This document shows positions 21,040-31,171 of a stretch of 64,000 bases of DNA, piece by piece. Position 1 is the first letter of the stretch, and every line of letters starts with the position of its first letter. The position numbers were made by a program, and so were the translations under genes. The DNA comes from Naegleria gruberi (lineage: Eukaryota): the NCBI GenBank assembly GCA_000004985.1, contig GG738865.1; one strand, given 5' to 3'. A model generated the notes under the pieces. The model was not told the origin of the DNA and ran no database searches. It saw nothing but the letters and a program-made list of their open reading frames with translations.

Positions 21040-21789
21040 TTATTCAACATCTACTTTTACAACATTATGATCATCCCTTTGCAATACGAAAAAGTAAGGT
21101 TCCTTCATTCCTTTCAAATCCATCACTCCCAAAACTGTATTCTCATCCACCTTTCTAAAAACATCATTAATTGGTTGAGTATCATACACCATGGTTGCAC
21201 TGACCTTTCCTCTAAATTCAGTCATTCTCAATCTGGCTTTGGATTTTCTTATGGAAATGAAAGGTTTCAACCATAACATGATCTTTTTAACAAATGGAGT
21301 TCTAGGAACATTGGTTAGTGTCATTCCAGCAACTACTCGATCAGGATTAACTGCAAACAAATCTCTGCTATTCGATTCATAAAACAGTAATGGATGGACA
21401 TTTTCTGTATCTTGAAACATCTTGCCATACCACCCAGAAATATCCAACATGTTATCCATAGGATGATTAGTTCTGAATTCACTTCCTTTCCATCTTCCGA
21501 TCATAAAGTCCGTGGACACAGGTTCCAACTGATCATAGAAATCCAATGCAATTTGACGTTCGGTAATTCCTCCCTTCAATCCAGAATCAAAGATCTCTCT
21601 CGTGGCCACTTGTGAATCCTTTTGCACAATATTTTGTGAGTGAAATTGATGAGTGTGAAAATTCATCATCATCATCTTTGTGGTCATCATCATCAAACCA
21701 CCCAATTGTTGTTGTGAATTATTGATGAGAAGTGGATGATGAAGACTCTTCATGATATTTAACATGTTGTTTCCTCCTTGTCTAATCAT
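21040..21789 (-). CDS. GXWXG/DUF4334 two-domain protein (family mainly known from bacteria)
   Basis: MIGRWKGSEFRTNHP...GWYGKMF...NVHPLLF (GXWXG domain), then ATMVYDTQPINDVFRKVDENTVLGVMDLKG...FFVLQRD (DUF4334-like). Convergent with the upstream gene; only 28 bp separate the stops. Confidence 0.6.
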   Translation of the reverse strand: MIRQGGNNMLNIMKSLHHPLLINNSQQQLGGLMMMTTKMMMMNFHTHQFHSQNIVQKDSQVATREIFDSGLKGGITERQIALDFYDQLEPVSTDFMIGRWKGSEFRTNHPMDNMLDISGWYGKMFQDTENVHPLLFYESNSRDLFAVNPDRVVAGMTLTNVPRTPFVKKIMLWLKPFISIRKSKARLRMTEFRGKVSATMVYDTQPINDVFRKVDENTVLGVMDLKGMKEPYFFVLQRDDHNVVKVDVE

Positions 21790-22058
21790 TTTTTTAATTT
21801 GTGTAATTTTACTGTTTGTTGTTCTGGCAGTGAGTCAATTAAGTTCGTTCGTACTCGATGGATGATGATTGTTTTTCAAGAAGGAGGACTTGTCGGAAAC
21901 TATCCGCCTCCGAACATTCCTACACTGCGATGAAATTTATTACAAAATTTTACCTTAATTGTTCATCATTGACGAATTTTAGACCATTTCCATGCTGCAT
22001 CCAGTTTTAAAAAGTGTGTGAAAACAATTTCAAAATTTAAAACCAAAATCAAAAAAAA

Positions 22059-23120
22059 ATGCAAAACGAAAAGATGAGAAGGTTTTTCAATGGTGGAATT
22101 GTTTCACAAGAGATTATAGAGAGTGCTGATTTGAGAGGAAAGACAGTTGTGGTGACTGGAGCTTTGAAAGGTGGGTTGGGATTTGAGACTGCTAAAGTAT
22201 TGTACGAGTTGGGGGCTCATGTAGTTTTGGCTGTTTTGGATGAGAAGAAAGGAAACGAATCGATGAGTGAAATTGTTAGAAAGAGTCAAGAGGAAGTGAA
22301 TGAGAGTAGAACTGCCTATACTTCAGTGGAAGCTGTTTGTTTTGGAAGAAGAGACTTGATCGGAAGTGGAAGTTTGGATGTCATGGTTGTTGATCTTTCT
22401 GATTTGGCATCTGTCAAGAAATTTACAGAAAACTTCAAAGCAAAATATGACAAGATTGACATCCTACTTAACAATGCAGGTGTCATGCTCACACCACATG
22501 GTGTTACCAAGCAAGGTGTAGAAATCCAATTTGGAATCAATCATTTGGGTCATTTCTTATTGACACATGAATTACTTGATTTGGTAATGAATGCAAATGG
22601 ACGAATTGTAAACTTGTCATCCATTTGTGGTGAATTTATCAAGTGGAAAGATCCTACTACCAATTTCTCCATTAACAGTGTTACTGGACCATGCAATTTC
22701 TCTCCATCCATCCATTTATACAATCGTTCCAAATTTGCATGTGCAATCAATGCCAAATGTCTTGACAGATTTTTATTGAAAGAGAATGATCAGAGTTTTG
22801 CTGTGAGTGTCCACCCAGGTGTAATCGAAACTAATCTATTTACTCATCGAACTGTTATGAAATATGTCTTTCATTTTGGAAATATGTTTCTCAAGAAACC
22901 ATTTTACGGAGCTCAGACAAGTTTATATGCTGCATTAGCACCAAAGGACAAACTTTTGAGAAGTGAATATCATGCTGATTGTAAACCTAAATTGATAGAT
23001 TTGAAATTGAGAAATAGTTCAGAACTTCAGGATAGATTATGGGAAACAAGTTTGAAATTATGTGAAAATTACTTGGCTGTTCAAAGAAAGTTACCAAACG
23101 CCATCAAGAATAAACTGTAA
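22059..23120 (+). CDS. Short-chain dehydrogenase/reductase (retinol-dehydrogenase-like classical SDR)
   Basis: Cofactor site GKTVVVTGALKGGLGFETAKVL, NNAGVM, catalytic YNRSKFACA (YxxxK), PGVIETNL. Confidence 0.85.
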   Translation: MQNEKMRRFFNGGIVSQEIIESADLRGKTVVVTGALKGGLGFETAKVLYELGAHVVLAVLDEKKGNESMSEIVRKSQEEVNESRTAYTSVEAVCFGRRDLIGSGSLDVMVVDLSDLASVKKFTENFKAKYDKIDILLNNAGVMLTPHGVTKQGVEIQFGINHLGHFLLTHELLDLVMNANGRIVNLSSICGEFIKWKDPTTNFSINSVTGPCNFSPSIHLYNRSKFACAINAKCLDRFLLKENDQSFAVSVHPGVIETNLFTHRTVMKYVFHFGNMFLKKPFYGAQTSLYAALAPKDKLLRSEYHADCKPKLIDLKLRNSSELQDRLWETSLKLCENYLAVQRKLPNAIKNKL

Positions 23121-23228
23121 ATAAACCCTATAATATCATAATATTTATAATATTTGGAAATTATCAGAAATTATTAGCAATTTCTTTAAATAGAAGATTT
23201 TTCCATTTTTATTTAATACTATCTTTAT

Positions 23229-24971
23229 TTAGTATAGCAATGTTTCAAGTCGTTTTATGGATACTAACCAACCCTGAGCAGTATAACCCAATTCATTCTT
23301 GTTAATTATCAAAGTTCTCAAACTTTTTAGTTCACTAGTTCTGTGGATGTGTTCCACTCCTGTGAAAGTAATTTGGTTGGATACCAATGAGAGGCTATTC
23401 AAGTTATTCATATTGGTGCTATATGCAATGTGTCTAACACCTAAATCTTTGATTTCACAATTGGATAAACCAAGCTCTGTCAGATTTTGGAGATTTTCAC
23501 AATTTGAAATATGACAGGCACCTGCAGAACCAATAGGATGATCATCCAATATCAATTGAGTCAAGTTGTTTATAAAGGGGCTCTTGCATAATAGCTGACA
23601 ACCAGTTGATGACAAACGAGTTTCCAAAGCTGTCAACCTTTCCAAATTTGTGCAAGTAAATAATTGCTTGAATTGTGATTCTCCATTTAAAAACAATCCT
23701 AATCTGACAATATTTCTAATAAACTTGCCAGAAACTATCTGGGAAGTTATTTTTTCACTCATGTGAGACAAACAAATATCAAGAAATTTCACTCTTGACA
23801 TTTTCTCACTTGACATTAAGGATTGCACTCCTTCTTCATGAATATCATTATTGTTCAATGATAAACTAGTTAAATTTTGCATGTTTTCGCTTTCTGCAAT
23901 GCTTTTCAATGCAAGATCACAAATGCCAATATCACAAATATTTAAATTTTCTAAATTTCTCATGAGTGGATTTCTGGTCAACTCTATAATTGGTTCGCTT
24001 CCAATTAAAAGATTTCTACTCCAGAATAGTTTCTTCAATTTTGGGAAATGAGAACTTTTAGCAAATGCTAAAGCACCAACAGTTGAAATTTCACATTCAC
24101 AAGCATCAAGAAAGGTCAAATTAGGCATTCCTACACATTTTGACAAGAAAATCATTCCTTCATCTCCTATTTTCGTATTGAATATAGATATTTCAATTAA
24201 ATTAGTCATATTTTTAGAATTACATAAAAATTCCATTCCAATTTTGGTAATACTATTTGTGGAAATTCTCAAAATTGTCAAATTAGTAATGAACGGACTC
24301 TCTGAAATATATTCAAGAGACTTATCTGTCAGCTTATTCATGGAAACATCCAAAACTTTCAAATTCTTCATTTTTTCACTGTTACAAAGCGCATAAATTC
24401 CCTCATCTGCAATGTAATTTCCACTCACATTAAAATGTGTCAAATTCTTTACAATATCTTGAGAGCAAAACTTTTGAAAACTGAAAGAGCTCACTTTAGA
24501 GAGTGCCACTTCCAAAGTTTCCAACTTTCTAATTTTGGAAAGTTTAGAAATCAATTCCATTCCAGAATATCCTAATTGGACATTTTCACTTGTTTTTGAT
24601 AAATGAAGGCTTGTGAAATTCTCGATATATTTTGAATTGGACTTTTGCATGACATCTAAAACTCTTTGTGGTGAAAATGGATTTTTAATTCTATAGGAAA
24701 GTCTTAACTGATTAGTTTCGAATAACCATTGTTTTGAAATTAATGCACAGGTCTGAAGAACAAAACGAAAATCAAGAAATGTCATTATTTCATGACAAAT
24801 ATCATTAGGAATATCCAGAATAACTCCTACAGTTGGAGAAGAAACTAGTTTAGTTTTGCGTTTGGTTGCATTATATTTCGGATAGGAAGTTTCTTTTAAT
24901 TTACCTGAAACAGAACCTTCTATTGTTGTTCGTTTTCTGAACGAAACGACAGGAGTTGGATAAATCCTCAT
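23229..24971 (-). CDS. F-box / leucine-rich-repeat (RNI-like) protein, 580 aa
   Basis: N-terminal F-box-like DICHEIMTFLDFRFVLQTCALISKQW, followed by about 20 LxxLxLxxN/C LRRs (NLTxLxLxxNxIgdeG pattern). Confidence 0.75.
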   Translation of the reverse strand: MRIYPTPVVSFRKRTTIEGSVSGKLKETSYPKYNATKRKTKLVSSPTVGVILDIPNDICHEIMTFLDFRFVLQTCALISKQWLFETNQLRLSYRIKNPFSPQRVLDVMQKSNSKYIENFTSLHLSKTSENVQLGYSGMELISKLSKIRKLETLEVALSKVSSFSFQKFCSQDIVKNLTHFNVSGNYIADEGIYALCNSEKMKNLKVLDVSMNKLTDKSLEYISESPFITNLTILRISTNSITKIGMEFLCNSKNMTNLIEISIFNTKIGDEGMIFLSKCVGMPNLTFLDACECEISTVGALAFAKSSHFPKLKKLFWSRNLLIGSEPIIELTRNPLMRNLENLNICDIGICDLALKSIAESENMQNLTSLSLNNNDIHEEGVQSLMSSEKMSRVKFLDICLSHMSEKITSQIVSGKFIRNIVRLGLFLNGESQFKQLFTCTNLERLTALETRLSSTGCQLLCKSPFINNLTQLILDDHPIGSAGACHISNCENLQNLTELGLSNCEIKDLGVRHIAYSTNMNNLNSLSLVSNQITFTGVEHIHRTSELKSLRTLIINKNELGYTAQGWLVSIKRLETLLY

Positions 24972-25366
24972 TCAAGTGTTCTTGTTTCTTTTTTTTTTCT
25001 AATTATTTTCTTGTAATGTGGCCCAATAGTTTTTTAAAGTGAAATGCGAACTTCTAATTGACACTCATCTTTCATCCATTAAAGTCTTCAAGACTTTCAA
25101 ATTGATGAAAGTTTAGGTTCAATCCAATAGATTTTAAAAACAAGTTTGATGGATAATCGGAAATATAATTTTGCAATTTGATGGACAAGGAACTTGGAAA
25201 AGCAGGTTAAAAAAATGAAAAAATGAAAGTGGCAAAGCTTTGATTAATTTCTAGATGGTTTCAAGAGATGAACATGTAAAATTTGAAAATTAGGTAGATT
25301 AGATTAATGGCTTGATATAATGAAAAAGTTAAAACTCAAAGGTTGGTGATTGTGTTAAAAATTTAT

Positions 25367-25437
25367 CTCGAGTGCCGGGAATTGAACCCGGGTCGCCAGA
25401 GTGACAGTCTGGAATGCTACCACTATACCACACCCGA
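25367..25437 (-). tRNA. tRNA-Asp (anticodon GTC)
   Basis: Minus read TCGGGTG-TG-GTAT-AGTGGTA-GCAT-T-CCAGA-CTGTCAC-TCTGG-CGAC-CCGGG-TTCAATT-CCCGG-CACTCGA-G. D-stem has one mismatch. Confidence 0.8.
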
Positions 25438-25504
25438 TTTCACATTTATTAACACTGTTTGTTTGATTGTATAAATTAACCGCCTAACCATTAAATTTAT
25501 TGCC

Positions 25505-26662
25505 TCAAATTGAATTATCTTCCTCATCTGAATCTGTTGTTTCCCCTTTAAACTTAGCAAAAGGTATCCATTGCTCATTACTTGCCAGGAATGATTTCTC
25601 ATGCTCTCCCAATGTACATTGTAAGTAATTATAAATGAGTTGATATCTCACAATTGTTCTTTCCTCAGACAATATTCCAATTTCTTTCAAATTCTTCTCA
25701 AAATCATTTCCAAGAATCTCACTCAATAACTCCACAGCTGGTTCATTGATCCTCTCCTTATTACTATCCATATAACCTGTAGCAGAGGAAAACATAAACC
25801 CACCAAACACCTCCTGGCCATAAACAGTGAACGATTCACTGGCATTGGAAATTCCTCTGAGCGTGTCGATATTTCTTTGATATTCTCCCTCCACCACCAG
25901 TGGATATCCACAATTGGTGAAAATCAGACATTTAACTTTGTAATGTATATGTCCTTCCATACTTTTATCTAATTTCCATTCCAAAATAAATTCATCTCGT
26001 GATCCACTTGTGAAAATTAACTCAATTTCATCTTTGCTTATTTCAGTTTTACCCAATTCTTCAGTGATAATATAAGAACCTTCTAGAAAATAACCAAAAT
26101 TTGAATTGATAAATCGTTTGGCTTTCATTCTATCCAAAATTTGATATAAATTGTCAAATTGAAAGTCTGCACTGTAAATGTCATCAATTAAATTTGATAA
26201 TTTTTCTTTGGATTTTTGATAGAGATTGGAATCATTCAATTGAAGATACCATTGAAAAACTTGTTGAAAACTCGTTGGTGGATTGGATAAGTCGAGAGTG
26301 CCCTTTTTAGAATGTTTGATATTCTTTTTTTTCTTGTCAAATGTAGTTTCGTCTCGTTTCCTCTTCTCACCAACAGCTCCATTCAATAAAGATTCACGAA
26401 ATATTGGTGGATTATAAATTAATTCTTCCAATTTCTTCTCCTCTTCCTCTAACAAATTAAAATATTCGCACAAATAATCCCGAGCGAATGTTTCACTATT
26501 CGAAAAGGAATAAAATGTTTTTGAGATCAGAAATGGCTTGCTAACTTTCCATTCCTCTGGTTTTATGAAGAGAAGAATTTGAGAACAAACAACCGTATCA
26601 AAACAAGCAAAAGATCCACTGGATGTGAAAACCGTAGCGTGTGGAAGCATTTTTTTTGACAA
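25505..26662 (-). CDS. Hypothetical protein, 385 aa, no recognised family; divergently paired with G-alpha-like gene (129-bp spacer)
   Basis: Intact ORF with normal composition. Confidence 0.55.
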   Translation of the reverse strand: MSKKMLPHATVFTSSGSFACFDTVVCSQILLFIKPEEWKVSKPFLISKTFYSFSNSETFARDYLCEYFNLLEEEEKKLEELIYNPPIFRESLLNGAVGEKRKRDETTFDKKKKNIKHSKKGTLDLSNPPTSFQQVFQWYLQLNDSNLYQKSKEKLSNLIDDIYSADFQFDNLYQILDRMKAKRFINSNFGYFLEGSYIITEELGKTEISKDEIELIFTSGSRDEFILEWKLDKSMEGHIHYKVKCLIFTNCGYPLVVEGEYQRNIDTLRGISNASESFTVYGQEVFGGFMFSSATGYMDSNKERINEPAVELLSEILGNDFEKNLKEIGILSEERTIVRYQLIYNYLQCTLGEHEKSFLASNEQWIPFAKFKGETTDSDEEDNSI

Positions 26663-26791
26663 TTATTTTTACAATATTTGAAAATCTTGTAAAATTGAGA
26701 ATTTTTTAAAGTTCTTGCAGAGTTCTTTGAACTTCAGAGGTGAAATTAATTTTTCCTTTTTAGATTTTCCATAATTTTACAATAAAAAAAA

Positions 26792-27928
26792 ATGGGAAAC
26801 AAGCAAGCAACACAGGATATTGACGAACATGGTGGCGACAATGATCAAGAAACAATTCGAATAGATTCGTTTCTCATGATGGTTGGCGGAAGTTCAAGCG
26901 GAAAAACACAAACAATTTTAAATATTAGAAAGGATTTTAATATTGCGATAAGGATTTATCAAATTATGGACATGTTATTGTGGGAATTGAAAGTAGTAAC
27001 GGATGAATCTATGCAATTACCAATGTATTTAATTCCGAAATTTTGTAAAATGAAACGAAACTGGAAGAAAGAAAGAAAAGTTTATTTACAGAGATTGGAT
27101 GAAAAATTTAGAAAGAAATTGGAATTATATGATGTTTCTATTGATTCTTTGGTGGAAGTGGTTGGAAAATCCATTGGAAAGGATAAACATTTGAGTCCAC
27201 TTATGGATAAACAAATTTTCAAACGGTTGACCAAATCAGATTTTGACATTCTTGAAAAATGTAAAATAATTCTCAAGACCTTTTACATATTCGAGACGTG
27301 TAATTTTCCCTTTAGAGTTGTTAACGAGCAGAATGTCGGATTAGTACTGGTTTCGACTAACATTTTTAAACTACCTCAAGCTATTACAAATTTGAAAGCT
27401 TTGAAAATATTCGAAACTGTTTTAATTTATGTTTCATTGACTGGATTTTTAGATAATACAGACATTAGAAATCATATTAGATATTCGAATGAATTGGATA
27501 GGACCATAGAAAGTCTGATTGAAAATGTTGTACAGTTTCCTGATAAGAGATTTGAATTTGTATTTACAAAACCAGATTTATTAGAAATGGTACTATCAAA
27601 AGGTGTTGAATATCCTAGACGAATACTTCATTCAACAAGAAATGAGTTTCGTTCAATTCCATCATTTGCCAAAACTCTGAAAATCATTAGCTCAATAATT
27701 GCAGAATGCGAAGAAAAGTTTCTCCACTTTACCAACTATCAAAAACCATTCCAATTTCATATTGCTCGGGCTAATTTGTTAAATGAAATGGAGAGAGTAC
27801 TTGCTAGTGCAACAGGTAACCATTTCAAACAGTTTATTACACCAATTATCAAATTTTATACTCCACCATTCGAATCATCTCAAATCATGATCGCTTTTTC
27901 AGATATTTCATTTACGATTTCTATGTAA
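26792..27928 (+). CDS. Divergent G-protein alpha-subunit-like protein with N-myristoylation consensus (MGNKQAT) and degenerate GTPase motifs
   Basis: P-loop FLMMVGGSSSGKTQTI (res 27-42) vs G-alpha LLLLGAGESGKSTI. FRVVNEQN at switch-I position. FETVLIYVSLTGFLDNTD (207-224) vs CFEGVTAIIFCVALSDYD. FEFVFTKPDLLE vs ILFLNKKDLFEE. Inter-motif spacings (144/32/52 aa) match G-alpha (138/37/54). No DVGGQ. Confidence 0.45.
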   Translation: MGNKQATQDIDEHGGDNDQETIRIDSFLMMVGGSSSGKTQTILNIRKDFNIAIRIYQIMDMLLWELKVVTDESMQLPMYLIPKFCKMKRNWKKERKVYLQRLDEKFRKKLELYDVSIDSLVEVVGKSIGKDKHLSPLMDKQIFKRLTKSDFDILEKCKIILKTFYIFETCNFPFRVVNEQNVGLVLVSTNIFKLPQAITNLKALKIFETVLIYVSLTGFLDNTDIRNHIRYSNELDRTIESLIENVVQFPDKRFEFVFTKPDLLEMVLSKGVEYPRRILHSTRNEFRSIPSFAKTLKIISSIIAECEEKFLHFTNYQKPFQFHIARANLLNEMERVLASATGNHFKQFITPIIKFYTPPFESSQIMIAFSDISFTISM

Positions 27929-28026
27929 ACCAAGAGATAGTGTTGTTTCGTTTTAGTAAACAAGTACCGTAGGTCTGATTTTGTTTGACAAATTATGTTA
28001 TATTCCTTGGATTAAGGTTATGAATG

Positions 28027-28145
28027 GCTACGGCCATATCACGATGAATGCACCTCATCCCGTCCGATTTGAGAAGTTAAGCATCGTCGAGCCACATCAG
28101 TACTGAGGTTGGAGACAACTTGGGAACCTGTGGTGCTGTAGTCTT
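28027..28145 (+). rRNA. 5S: 5S ribosomal RNA gene (dispersed single copy)
   Basis: GGCTACGGCCATATCACG...GAATGCACC..ATCCCGTCCGATTTGAGAAGTTAAGC...AGTACTGAGGTTGGAGACAACTTGGGAACCTGTGGTGCTGTAGTC. Helix I ends pair. T5 terminator at 28145-28149. Confidence 0.85.
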
Positions 28146-28198
28146 TTTATATTTTAAACCATGTTGTGGTTCTTTTATTTGGTTTTTAATGGTCTTTA

Positions 28199-30403
28199 TT
28201 ACTTTCGACTGTTTAATGAAATTATTTCTGCTTCCTTCATAAACTCTACGTCGTTTCTTAATGATTCATCGGCATATTCAAGTGCTTGTAGTCCATATGT
28301 TTTAACTGCCTCCATAACAACTTCTCTGTCTTTTCTTAATGATTCATCTGCAAATTCAAGTGCCCATCCATGTTGCTGAACTGCTTCCATTACAACTTGT
28401 CTATCTTTTTTCAATTCATTATCTGCATATTTAAGTGCTCGACCATGCATGTTAATTGCTATCATTACAAGCTCTCTATCTTTCCTCAGTGCTTCACCTG
28501 CAAATTCAAATGCCCATACATCATGTTGAACTGCTCGCAGTACAATTTCTCTATCATTTCTAAATGATTCATCGGCAAATTCAAGTGCTCGTCCCTGTAT
28601 TACAACTGCCTCTAAAACAAATTCTTTGTCTTGTTTCAATGATTCATCAGCAAATTCAAGAGCCAAACCATGTGATTTAATCGCTGCCATTACAATTCCT
28701 CTATCTTTTTTCAGTAGTGTATCTGCAAACTCGAGTGCCCATCCATTTTGTTGAACTGCCTCCAAAATCACTTCTCTGTCTTTTCTTAATGATATATCTG
28801 CATGTTTAAGTATTTGCCATTGAATCTTAATTAATTCCATTACAAGTTTTCTGTCTTTTCTGAGGGATTCATCTGCAAATTCAAATGCATGATCATTTTG
28901 TGCTACTTTTAGAATAAAGTCTCTATCTTTTCTTAATGATTCGTCTGCAAATTTAAATGCTTGTCCATGGATTTTAATTGCTTCAAATACAATTTCTCTA
29001 TCTTTTCTTAGTGATTCGTCTACATATTGAAGCGCCCATCCATTTTGCTTAACAGCTTCCATTACTATTTCTTTATCTTTTCTTAATGATTCATCTGCAA
29101 ATTCAAGTTTCAATCCCTTTCGTTTAACTGTCTCTATTACAACCTGTCTATCTTTTCTAAGTGATTCATCTGCAAATGCCAACAGACCATGTTCTATAAT
29201 AAAAGCCCTGCTACTACTTGGTATGGTGAGCGCTTTATCAAGATGAAAAGTTAATTCACAAAATTCCGCAGCTATTATATCATTTTTCCAAATATCATAT
29301 TTACGATTCCTAAACAAAATATAATTAAATATAAAATAATAGAATCCATCTTCCCTCTCTTGAGGATTACTCGATGTAAATCGATCAAGCATTTGAGTCA
29401 AGTCAAAATTTTCAAATACTGAATTCGAAACATCATTGTTCTGATTATTATCGAGCAGTTTTTGGAAGGTTTTTCCCAATGAATAAATATCAGAGTGGAA
29501 TGTTGGTTTAAAATCCGGACCATTCTTGAATCTATTTTGACCATCCTCAAATATCAATAATTCAGGTGCACAGTATTTAGTTGTTCCACCCAATGATACA
29601 ATTCCCATTTGATTGGCCAATGTTTCATTATGTATAGATAATCCAAAATCACATATAGCTACTTCTGCCAAATAGGTATCATTTAATTTCTTAATCAGAA
29701 TATTTGCTGGCTTTATATCAGAATGTACCATTCCATTCTGTCTCATTAAGGCCAATACTTCACAACATTGATATAGTATTAATACCATTTGTTGATGATT
29801 GAATTTAACTGTCTTGTTATCTAATAAATATTGTAAACTTCCAAATGGTAAATATTCCATTTCAATGCAGCAAATATTTCTAATAAGCATGATGTTAAAT
29901 ATTTTAATAACATTAGGATGTTTCAAATTGATAGCATTAAAAGCTTCACTCAATCCCATTGTTGAATTGGGAATAATCTTCATTGCTCTAATAGTTTCCA
30001 CTTGTTTAGTTTTTTGATTTCTCTTAGTTACCTTTAAAACAGTTCCAAATCCTCCATTTCCAATCCTTTCAGCATGCCACACCTTTTCATAATCATCAAT
30101 TTCATCATTATTCGATCCAATTTTTTCAGGCTTACCATTTAAATACTTATTAAAGTAGCCAATCACTAAATTCACACAACCCTCTGCAAATTGATCTGTA
30201 ACCTGTTGTTCATTATTCAATTTTAACAAGTGTAGAAAGTGTTCCATAATTTTAATATTATTTTCACCTTTAATACAGTGTGATGCAATGGATTGATTGA
30301 CAAATAACAAGTCTTCGTAGAATTGACTTGTTTTTTGATATTTAAAGGCTTGTTCCGTTGTATCGTCATCATAAATGTCAGCAGTCAGTTGACTTCTTTT
30401 CAT
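28199..30403 (-). CDS. Protein kinase (non-RD: HSDIKPANIL) with 13 C-terminal DUF4116-type tandem repeats, 734 aa
   Basis: GNGGFGTVLKV, AMKII, HPNVIKI, HSDIKPANILI, CDFGLS, GTTKYCAPELL, then 13 repeats of about 25 aa of the form (F/Y)ADESLRKDREIVxEAVKQxGxAL. Confidence 0.85.
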   Translation of the reverse strand: MKRSQLTADIYDDDTTEQAFKYQKTSQFYEDLLFVNQSIASHCIKGENNIKIMEHFLHLLKLNNEQQVTDQFAEGCVNLVIGYFNKYLNGKPEKIGSNNDEIDDYEKVWHAERIGNGGFGTVLKVTKRNQKTKQVETIRAMKIIPNSTMGLSEAFNAINLKHPNVIKIFNIMLIRNICCIEMEYLPFGSLQYLLDNKTVKFNHQQMVLILYQCCEVLALMRQNGMVHSDIKPANILIKKLNDTYLAEVAICDFGLSIHNETLANQMGIVSLGGTTKYCAPELLIFEDGQNRFKNGPDFKPTFHSDIYSLGKTFQKLLDNNQNNDVSNSVFENFDLTQMLDRFTSSNPQEREDGFYYFIFNYILFRNRKYDIWKNDIIAAEFCELTFHLDKALTIPSSSRAFIIEHGLLAFADESLRKDRQVVIETVKRKGLKLEFADESLRKDKEIVMEAVKQNGWALQYVDESLRKDREIVFEAIKIHGQAFKFADESLRKDRDFILKVAQNDHAFEFADESLRKDRKLVMELIKIQWQILKHADISLRKDREVILEAVQQNGWALEFADTLLKKDRGIVMAAIKSHGLALEFADESLKQDKEFVLEAVVIQGRALEFADESFRNDREIVLRAVQHDVWAFEFAGEALRKDRELVMIAINMHGRALKYADNELKKDRQVVMEAVQQHGWALEFADESLRKDREVVMEAVKTYGLQALEYADESLRNDVEFMKEAEIISLNSRK
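28235..29210 (-). repeat. Coding tandem repeat: 13 copies of about 75 bp (25-aa DUF4116-like unit EFADESLRKDREVVMEAVKQNGWAL)
   Basis: Periodic protein repeat visible in translation of 28199..30403. Coding, not CRISPR. Confidence 0.7.
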
Positions 30404-30487
30404 TTTTTTTAATAATATTTTATTAATTTAATGTTGATTGTTTATGTAAACTATTCAAATTGGAATTCGTCTCTTTTCTGATAAAAT

Positions 30488-30841
30488 TCATTGATTTCTG
30501 TGCCACTTTTTATGATTAGATTTGATTTTCTTCGTTGTTTGATTTCGGATTTTGTTCTGTTTCAAATCAGCAAAATATTCGGTTCTTTCATATCCCCTCT
30601 CTGTATTGAACTTGTGATAGGAATTTGAAACAGTTTCAGCAACATTCCCATTTCTGAAAGGAAACATTCTAAAAGATCCATTATTAAATTGACAATTCGT
30701 CGAAGATTTCATTCGAAACTTGCATCTGCCTTGTTTCGGATAGGACTTTTTATTACTTGACTCAACGTTAGGTGTATTGTATTTCACTTTACCAGCACTT
30801 AACGAAAATCTCGTCGATCCAACCAATTTGATTGTGCCCAT
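30488..30841 (-). CDS. Hypothetical small basic protein (117 aa)
   Basis: ORF only. Lys/Asn/Arg-rich. Lies 84 bp upstream of the DUF4116-kinase start. May be spurious. Confidence 0.25.
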   Translation of the reverse strand: MGTIKLVGSTRFSLSAGKVKYNTPNVESSNKKSYPKQGRCKFRMKSSTNCQFNNGSFRMFPFRNGNVAETVSNSYHKFNTERGYERTEYFADLKQNKIRNQTTKKIKSNHKKWHRNQ

Positions 30842-31171
30842 AATAATATTAATCTGTTTTTTTTGAGTTTGAACTTATTAATAGCCTGCCCTTAAGTGTT
30901 GTTTTATTAGCTGTAGTTCAATTAAACAAATGCAAAGATTAATTTTCAGATATCTATCACTCTCTTATTCTTTGTGAATTGCTTTGTTTTTGTTTGAAAA
31001 TTAATGAACAAGAATTATGTTGTTTACTGTATGATAAAATGGAGAGAATTTCCAATCCATTAATGATTTTCAATATTGAAAATAATTTGTTATAATGAGA
31101 ATGCAAAATTGTCCATCCTAATATTATGAAATCCTTAAAAATTGTTCTCAATATACTAAGCAAAATGACTT

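Noticed and set aside
28235-29210. Regular 75-bp DNA periodicity that could be mistaken for a CRISPR or satellite array
   Set aside because: The repeats are in-frame coding DUF4116 units of a kinase gene. There are no spacers, and the context is eukaryotic.
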